Shown one piece after another: positions 58,453 to 64,000 of a DNA stretch of 64,000 nucleotides. The DNA comes from Bacteroidales bacterium. GTDB taxonomy: Bacteria; Bacteroidota; Bacteroidia; Bacteroidales; UBA3663. The first letter of the stretch is position 1, and every line of letters begins with the position of its first letter. Under the pieces are notes generated by a model. The model had not been told where the DNA came from, did no database searches, and saw only the letters and a list, made by a program, of their open reading frames with translations. The stretch spans positions 24,201-88,200 of the forward strand of contig JAFYZW010000127.1 of NCBI GenBank assembly GCA_017548545.1. The letters are read 5' to 3'. Made by a program: the position numbers and the translations under genes.

Positions 58453-60456
58453 ATGAAAACATCATACAAGTATATCGCAGCTGCCCTCATCTCGGGTGTC
58501 GCATTCCTCACTTCCTGCAGCGATGTGGAGATTCCCGAAGCAGCCAACAAGGATCTTGGCACAGTGGCAAGTGTTTCGCAGAGCGTCGATGGCCGCGAGC
58601 TTACGCTCACCTGGTCTCCCGTGGCTGGAGCCGTTGGCTATCTCGTCTATTGCAATGGCGAACTGGTGGCTCAGACCACCGAGACGACCTATACTACCCT
58701 CTGTCCCTACGAGCAAACCTTCACCTACACCATCAAGTATATCGATGCCAATGGTCTTGTCTCTCTCGGACAAAGTATCTTCGTCGATGCCATCCCCGCT
58801 CCTCCGAAACCCCAGGGTGGTGCTACGTTGGTAGGCTATCTGCTCACCGCCGACAACTATAACGCCCTTCCTGACGACGATGAGGTGGCAGCCGCCCAGT
58901 GGTTCCAGGAGAACTATGTGGCCAAGAACGAAGGCACCTTCATCACTGTCGAGCAGCTCGGTGTCCTCAGTCCTGCCGATTGCCCGGCCCTTTGGATCCA
59001 CATCGATCGCGTGGGTATTGGCATGGGTTATGAGAACCTCCCGTTCGACGCAGCAGCCTTGTCGGCCCTCCACGATTATCTGCGCGACGGCGGCAACCTC
59101 TACCTTTCGAAGCATGCCACCCAGCTTGTCAATGGCATCGGTCGTATCTCCGACAACTACGCTCCCGGCATCTTCGGTGACGGCAATGGCGGTTCGGGTG
59201 ACGACGTTTGGTGCGTCAACAACGTCATCGGCAGCGGCCAGGCCACCAAGTACGACCACACAGCCCATGCCATCTTTGCAGGCATCGAACTCACCGACCC
59301 CAACGGTTACGGCTTCCCCAACTTCCCGCTCGAAGGCCCCGGCCTGCGTGAAGACCACAACTGCATGTGGGACCTCAACAGCTACGGATTCTCGGGCGAT
59401 CCCAACGTCGTAGCCAACTGGGAGGCAGCCACCACCTCAACCGTCCTCGCCACCTGGGGACACGTGCAGGACTACTGCTGTGCAGGCATCGTCGAGTTCC
59501 TTGGTGCAGGTGAATTCCTCGGCAAGATCGTCGCCAATGGTTTGTCAGCCTATGAGTTCAACCAAGAAGGTGGCAACATCTACCAGAACAATGTGAACCG
59601 TCTCACGGCCAATACCCTCGACTACCTGCGTGGTGCCGTTTCGACCAAGGCTGCCTACGTGCTTACAGCCAACAGTATCGACGAACTGCCCGACGACGAC
59701 GAGGTAGCTGCTGCAACCTGGTTCAAGCAGACTTACGTCGATGCAGGCAAGGGTGCCTTTGTTACCCCCGCACAGATTGCAGGTCTCGACATCAACGAGT
59801 ATCCCGTCCTTTGGGTTCAGATCGACCGCATTGGCATCGGTATCGGCTACGAAAACCTGCCATTCGACGCAGATGCACTCACCGCACTGCACAACTATAT
59901 GCGCGACGGTGGCAACCTCTACCTCTCGAAGCACGCCACCCAGCTCATCAGCGGCATCGCACGCATTGCCGACAACTATGCTCCTGGCCTCTTCGGCGAC
60001 GGTAATGGCGGTTCAGGCGACGATGTATGGTGCGTCAACAACGTCATCGGCAGCGGTCAGGCTACCAAGTACGACCATACCAGCCACGATATCTTTGCTG
60101 GCATCGAGCTCACCGACCCCAATGGTTACGGCTTCCCCAACTTCCCGCTCGAAGGCCCCGGTCTTCGCGAAGACCACAACTGCATGTGGGATCTCAACGC
60201 CTACGGTTTCACGGGCGACCCCAACGTCGTTGCCAACTGGGAGAAGGCAACCAACTCGACCGTCCTCGCCACTTGGGGACATGTGCAGGACTACTGCTGT
60301 GCAGGCATCGTCGAGTTCCATCCCGAAGGTGAGTTCCTCGGCAGCGCCATCTGCAATGGTCTGTCGGCCTACGAGTTCAATCAGGAGGGCGGCAACGTCT
60401 ATCAGGCCAATGTCGAGCTCCTCACCAAGAACACCATCGACTATCTGATGAAGTAA
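58453..60456 (+). CDS. SusE-position surface lipoprotein: an Fn3-like N-terminal domain plus two tandem copies of a roughly 265-aa domain (possibly DUF4960-like); putative surface glycan-binding protein
   Basis: Lipobox AFLTSC. LTLTWSPVAGAVGYLVY is Fn3-like. Residues about 126-392 and 399-665 are near-duplicates, for example GGNLYLSKHATQL, FGDGNGGSGDDVWCVNNVIGSGQATKYDHT and FPNFPLEGPGLREDHNCMWDLN in both. Confidence 0.6.
   Translation: MKTSYKYIAAALISGVAFLTSCSDVEIPEAANKDLGTVASVSQSVDGRELTLTWSPVAGAVGYLVYCNGELVAQTTETTYTTLCPYEQTFTYTIKYIDANGLVSLGQSIFVDAIPAPPKPQGGATLVGYLLTADNYNALPDDDEVAAAQWFQENYVAKNEGTFITVEQLGVLSPADCPALWIHIDRVGIGMGYENLPFDAAALSALHDYLRDGGNLYLSKHATQLVNGIGRISDNYAPGIFGDGNGGSGDDVWCVNNVIGSGQATKYDHTAHAIFAGIELTDPNGYGFPNFPLEGPGLREDHNCMWDLNSYGFSGDPNVVANWEAATTSTVLATWGHVQDYCCAGIVEFLGAGEFLGKIVANGLSAYEFNQEGGNIYQNNVNRLTANTLDYLRGAVSTKAAYVLTANSIDELPDDDEVAAATWFKQTYVDAGKGAFVTPAQIAGLDINEYPVLWVQIDRIGIGIGYENLPFDADALTALHNYMRDGGNLYLSKHATQLISGIARIADNYAPGLFGDGNGGSGDDVWCVNNVIGSGQATKYDHTSHDIFAGIELTDPNGYGFPNFPLEGPGLREDHNCMWDLNAYGFTGDPNVVANWEKATNSTVLATWGHVQDYCCAGIVEFHPEGEFLGSAICNGLSAYEFNQEGGNVYQANVELLTKNTIDYLMK
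58828..60447 (+). repeat. Intragenic tandem duplication (2 x about 800 bp, period 819 bp) within the surface lipoprotein gene
   Basis: The protein repeats are offset by exactly 273 aa. The DNA of the two copies is visibly similar, for example 59090-59130 against 59909-59949. Confidence 0.8.
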
Positions 60457-60465
60457 TAACCCAAA

Positions 60466-60499
60466 CTGCGGGGAGTCGCGACCCCGCAGTCTTTTTCTT
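60466..60499 (+). terminator. Rho-independent-type terminator between the surface lipoprotein gene and the first GH32 gene
   Basis: CTGCGGGG-AGTCGCGA-CCCCGCAG (8-bp GC stem) followed by TCTTTTTCTT. Confidence 0.7.
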
Positions 60500-60504
60500 A
60501 AATC

Positions 60505-62823
60505 ATGATTATGAAAAAGCTTGGAACATTCCTTTTCGTAGCTTCCCTGGGCCTGCTCACCGTGGGCCAGGCCCAGGTTCTTTCCATTCCGATGGACGAC
60601 GCTACTGGTATTACCGGAGCCCTCTCCCCGCTCATCGTGAAGGGTGTGTCGGGCGGTGCCGTTCGTTTCGACGGCTACAGCCAGTACCTGAACCAGTCGG
60701 CCGACCTTACGGCTTGCTCGTCCGATGTGACCTTCAGTCTTTGGACAGCCCTCGAGACCTATCCCATGATGAACATCGACGTCGATAAGGAGGAATACAC
60801 CAGCATCGCTGGAAACATCGACGAAAGCGCCAAGACGGGTATGGCTTTCGAAGTCAGCAACCGTGGCAGTTATCAGTTCAAATGCTACGTCAACAACTCT
60901 GTCATCGTCGTTCCCGGTGAAGGCAAGTTGCCCAAATATGCGTGGAACAACCTCGTTGCCACCATCTCGGTTCCTGAGAGTGGCCGTGGCTCGGTGGTAC
61001 TTTACCTCAATGGCCAGCAGGTCGGCACAGGCACCACAGCACGTCGTGCCACCTTCTCAAGCGGTTCGGCCGCTTTCCTCGTTGGCAAGAACACCGCCGA
61101 TGTCCGTCAGGACAAGTTCCTGCTCAACACCATCAATGGTATCGTAGATGAAATAAATGTATATAATACGTTCTGGAGCGCCGAAGAAGTGGCTTCTGCC
61201 TACAGTGCCTCACTGCCTGCCGTAGCTCCCGAACTCTCTTATCCCGCATCCTATTGGGCCGACCATCTGCTTCGTCCCAAGTTCCATGGCATGCCCAGCC
61301 ACGCCTGGACCAACGAGAGCCACGGCATGACCTACTCCGATGGCCAGTGGCATGTGTTCTTCCAGAAGAACGGCAACGGTCCCTACATGAGCCGTCTGCA
61401 TTGGGGCCACATCGTGAGCGAGAACCTCTACAACTGGACCGAGGTCAAGACGGCCATCGACCCAGCCGAAAGCTACGACATCAAGGGCTGCTGGTCGGGC
61501 TGCGTAGCTGAGGACGAGAAGATCTTCGGCCAGTATCCCGGCATCATCTACACCGGTGTCGATTACGGCAAGGCCATGATCAGTTTCGCTTCGCCCACCG
61601 ATGCCACCCTCCTCGATTGGACCAAGGCTTCGAACAACCCGCGCATCAACGGCAAGCCTGCCGGACTCTCCGACGACTTCCGCGACCCCTATTTCTTCCG
61701 CACCTCCACAGGCGCATACATCATCGTAGGTTCGAGCAAGGCCGGCATCGGCTGCTGCACCCTGCACAAGTACAACGAAAGTGCGGGTACCTGGAGCAAC
61801 GACGGCACCCTTTTCTTCCAAGGCACCAGTGCCTCGTCGCATGGCACGTTCTGGGAGATGCCTAACGTCACACCGATGGGCAACGACCTGTACCTCTTCA
61901 CCGTCACCCCGTTGGGAACCAGCCTCGGCGTGCGCACTCTCTATTGGGTGGGCAAGATTGATGCCAACGGGCAGTTCCAGCCCATCAGCGGCACCTGGCC
62001 CCGCACGGTCGAGCTCAGCGGCATGACACGCGACGGCTACGGTATGCTTTCACCCACCATCTATCAGCACGATGGCAAGACCATCGCCCTTGGTATCGTC
62101 CCCGACAAGGTGGCCTCGTCGGTCAATTACGACCTCGGCTGGGCGCACTGCTACAGCCTGCCACGCGAATGGAGTCTCGATGCCGACAATCTGCTCGTGC
62201 AGAAACCGTACAGTGGACTCACAGGTATGCGGAAGGAGGAAGGTGCCTACAGCAAGGCCAACTTCCAGCTCAATGGCACCGAGGCCATCCCGACCGTCGC
62301 AGGTCGCCAGGTCGAAGTCCTTGCCACCTTCCAGGCAGGTAACGCTGCCTTTGGCGTGAATGTGCTGAAGAATGCTACGGGTCAGGCGCAGATCAAGGTG
62401 AGCGGCTCGACGCTTACGGTCGATCTCACCAGTCTGCATCGCACGGTCAACGATGGCGCTGCATTTGCCGGCAAGTACGAGAGTGCGCTGCCCGCCAGCA
62501 TAGCTACAGGCACGGAGGTGAAGCTGCACATCTTCCTCGATGGTTCCATCCTCGATATCTTCGTGAACGACACTTACGCCACCTCCATCCGCGTCTTCTG
62601 CAACGATGCCGACGCCACGGGCGTAGAGCTCTTCACCGATGCCAACACTCAGGTTGTTTCGGCCCAGGCCTGGACACTCGACCCTTTGCAGGGACAAGGG
62701 CAGGGGATAGAGGAGGTGAGGATAGGTTCTGAAGGGTTCGAAAGGGATAAGAGGGGGGTGGTCTTTCGTATCGACGATGACCATTCCTTGCATCTCTATC
62801 GTGAAGGAATCCGCATATTTTAG
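60505..62823 (+). CDS. GH32-family protein with an N-terminal LamG/concanavalin-like domain; variant nucleophile motif
   Basis: Signal peptide and LamG-like GGAVRFDGYSQYL ... VDEINVYN. The GH32 blocks are HAWTNESHGM (in place of WMNDPNG), FRDPYFF (RDP) and FWEMPNV (EC-type acid/base). The last roughly 45 codons run through repeat locus H. Confidence 0.75.
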   Translation: MIMKKLGTFLFVASLGLLTVGQAQVLSIPMDDATGITGALSPLIVKGVSGGAVRFDGYSQYLNQSADLTACSSDVTFSLWTALETYPMMNIDVDKEEYTSIAGNIDESAKTGMAFEVSNRGSYQFKCYVNNSVIVVPGEGKLPKYAWNNLVATISVPESGRGSVVLYLNGQQVGTGTTARRATFSSGSAAFLVGKNTADVRQDKFLLNTINGIVDEINVYNTFWSAEEVASAYSASLPAVAPELSYPASYWADHLLRPKFHGMPSHAWTNESHGMTYSDGQWHVFFQKNGNGPYMSRLHWGHIVSENLYNWTEVKTAIDPAESYDIKGCWSGCVAEDEKIFGQYPGIIYTGVDYGKAMISFASPTDATLLDWTKASNNPRINGKPAGLSDDFRDPYFFRTSTGAYIIVGSSKAGIGCCTLHKYNESAGTWSNDGTLFFQGTSASSHGTFWEMPNVTPMGNDLYLFTVTPLGTSLGVRTLYWVGKIDANGQFQPISGTWPRTVELSGMTRDGYGMLSPTIYQHDGKTIALGIVPDKVASSVNYDLGWAHCYSLPREWSLDADNLLVQKPYSGLTGMRKEEGAYSKANFQLNGTEAIPTVAGRQVEVLATFQAGNAAFGVNVLKNATGQAQIKVSGSTLTVDLTSLHRTVNDGAAFAGKYESALPASIATGTEVKLHIFLDGSILDIFVNDTYATSIRVFCNDADATGVELFTDANTQVVSAQAWTLDPLQGQGQGIEEVRIGSEGFERDKRGVVFRIDDDHSLHLYREGIRIF
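62711..62760 (-). repeat. 9-bp-periodic repeat array, locus H (G-rich strand on +), at the 3' end of the GH32 ORF
   Basis: aggaggtga ggataggttctga agggttcga aagggataa gaggggggt. The reverse complement of 62734-62758, CCCCCCTCTTATCCCTTTCGAACCC, nearly equals locus D at 41129-41150. Confidence 0.7.
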
Positions 62824-62887
62824 TGGTTTTTGTTCCAGTCTTAGGATAAATGTTGCATATTATGGATGAAATGATGAGAAAAATGTG

Positions 62888-62921
62888 ATTTGCAACAAAT
62901 TTATTCCTTTTTGCAACATAA
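62888..62921 (+). promoter_or_regulatory. Two direct TTTGCAACA(A/T)AAT motifs 21 bp apart upstream of the second GH32 promoter (candidate HTCS operator)
   Basis: ATTTGCAACAAAT (62888-62900) and TTTGCAACATAAT (62910-62922 approx.). There is also an inverted TGTTGCA at 62851-62857. The -7 box is at 62949. Confidence 0.45.
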
Positions 62922-62948
62922 TTTTCGCCACAGGTCACAGAATGTCCC

Positions 62949-62956
62949 TACCTTTG
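62949..62956 (+). promoter_or_regulatory. -7 box TACCTTTG for the second GH32 gene
   Basis: TACCTTTGCACC, 51 nt upstream of the ATG at 63007. Confidence 0.55.
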
Positions 62957-63006
62957 CACCGTCGAAATCGAAGACTGAAACACAAACATCTTAAAAAATA
63001 CACGCA

Positions 63007-64000
63007 ATGAAACTTCAATCTCTTTTCACCTTGGCGACAGCAGCCATGATGCTTGCAGCTTGCAATCGCCAGCCGGCCGAACCCTCATTCACCGTCGCAC
63101 ATCAGGACGACGGCCTGACCATCGTCAATGTGACGGGTGAGTCACGTTACCTGCTTCTCCCCATCGAGGAGGACAAGGGCGAGGTACGGGTACGCGTCAA
63201 CACAGGCGATGCCGCCGACACCTGGATGGATATCCGTCTGGCTGTCGATACCGTCGATTATTATGTACCCTTGGCACTGCCTGCCGGACCGAAGGCCTGC
63301 GTCGAGGTTCGCGACCTCCCTGCCAATGCCCTCGCCTGGAGCCGTATGCAGCTCAGCGACACCTTCGACACCACCAATAGCGAATACTATCGCCCTGCCT
63401 ATCACTTCACGCCTGCCTACGGCTGGATGAACGATCCCAACGGCATGACGTGGAAGGATGGCGAATACCACCTCTTCTTCCAGTACAACCCCTACGGCAG
63501 CAAGTGGGGCAACATGCACTGGGGACACGCCGTGAGCCCCGATATGGTGCACTGGACACAGCTCCCGCCTGCCATTGATCGCGACACGCTCGGTCATATC
63601 TTCTCGGGCTCGAGCATCGTGAAGGGCGACACCATCTTCAGCTACTACACTTCTGCTTCCGACAAGTACGGACAGATACAGGCAGGCGCCTGGAGCACCG
63701 ATAACGGTCGCACCTATACCAAGTTTGCCGACAATCCGCGTATCACTCCCGCCGATGGTCGTCGCGACTTCCGCGACCCCAAGCTCTTCGCCTACGATGG
63801 TCACTACTATGTAATCATTTCGGCCGATAACGAGATGCAGTTCTTCCGCTCCGACAATCTGCACGACTGGACATACGTCAGCGCTTTCGGCGATGGTTAT
63901 GGCGTACAACCCCGTCAGTTCGAATGCCCCGACTTCTTCGAGCTTCCTGTCGAAGGGACCAACCTCAAGAAGTACGTGATGATTGTCAACGTGAACCCAG
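63007..64000 (+). CDS. GH32 beta-fructofuranosidase / fructan hydrolase lipoprotein (partial; continues past the window end)
   Basis: Not in the ORF track because it is open at the window edge. Hand translation gives MKLQSLFTLATAAMMLAAC (lipobox) ... YRPAYHFTPAYGWMNDPNGMTWKDGEYHLFFQYNP ... FRDPKLF ... FECPDFFEL, which are all the canonical GH32 blocks. The minus ORF 63142..63909 is its antisense shadow. Confidence 0.9.
   Translation, partial: MKLQSLFTLATAAMMLAACNRQPAEPSFTVAHQDDGLTIVNVTGESRYLLLPIEEDKGEVRVRVNTGDAADTWMDIRLAVDTVDYYVPLALPAGPKACVEVRDLPANALAWSRMQLSDTFDTTNSEYYRPAYHFTPAYGWMNDPNGMTWKDGEYHLFFQYNPYGSKWGNMHWGHAVSPDMVHWTQLPPAIDRDTLGHIFSGSSIVKGDTIFSYYTSASDKYGQIQAGAWSTDNGRTYTKFADNPRITPADGRRDFRDPKLFAYDGHYYVIISADNEMQFFRSDNLHDWTYVSAFGDGYGVQPRQFECPDFFELPVEGTNLKKYVMIVNVNP

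Noticed and set aside
7721-62760. Whether the short repeat arrays could be CRISPR arrays.
   Set aside because: The units are 9 bp (one array has 7 bp), directly abutting, with no unique spacers. The arrays are only 30-100 bp long, no cas genes are present, and several arrays are translated.
63142-63909. A 255-aa minus-strand ORF at the right edge.
   Set aside because: It is antisense to a canonical GH32 gene (WMNDPNG, RDP and ECP blocks), which the ORF track omitted because it is open-ended.

Overview
This is a 64-kb chromosomal segment from a Bacteroidota genome, probably a Prevotellaceae-type Bacteroidales. The evidence is SusC/SusD polysaccharide utilisation loci (PULs), type IX secretion (T9SS) C-terminal sorting domains, and TAnnTTTG -7 promoter boxes in front of most transcription units. 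GC is moderately high by eye (not computed), and a strong third-position bias produces many long antisense shadow ORFs.

Gene content, left to right:
1. A minus-strand cluster of secreted proteins: a 1495-aa adhesin-like T9SS cargo, a 574-aa T9SS cargo with a thioredoxin-like CxxC motif, and a partial M6 metalloprotease that is missing from the ORF track.
2. A housekeeping block: polytopic membrane protein, purD, DPP-IV-type S9 peptidase, THUMP RNA methyltransferase, cysE, pepC, S41 C-terminal protease, outer-membrane beta-barrel protein, parC, a second S41 peptidase, and tRNA-Leu(UAG).
3. A pectin/rhamnogalacturonan-type PUL: two CE12 SGNH esterases, a Ser-type sulfatase, a GH28-GH106 fusion, SusC and SusD.
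4. manC, argB and a LytS/LytTR two-component pair.
5. A complete histidine-utilisation operon, ftcD-hutU-hutH-hutI.
6. Two DUF4230-like genes.
7. A fructan PUL: a BT1754-like hybrid two-component sensor (HTCS), SusC, SusD, a tandem-domain surface lipoprotein, and two GH32 genes.

I see no phage, transposase, CRISPR or recognisable defence genes.

The most unusual signal is at the DNA level. A family of 9-bp-periodic degenerate tandem repeats with a YTC(N)GA core (main family YYTYRAACC) occurs at about 12 loci. It fills short spacers between co-directional genes. It also sits in frame, in different reading frames and in both orientations, inside unrelated genes: manC, a membrane protein, the HTCS kinase domain and linker, and the GH32 3' end.

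Secondary signals:
- a conserved ATTTGTTGCA/TGCAACAAAT motif upstream of three fructan-PUL promoters
- two orphan promoter-plus-hairpin units that could be small RNAs
- a GH32 paralogue with Glu at the nucleophile position
- an internally duplicated surface lipoprotein

All functional calls come from reading the translations and recalling family motifs. No database search was run.
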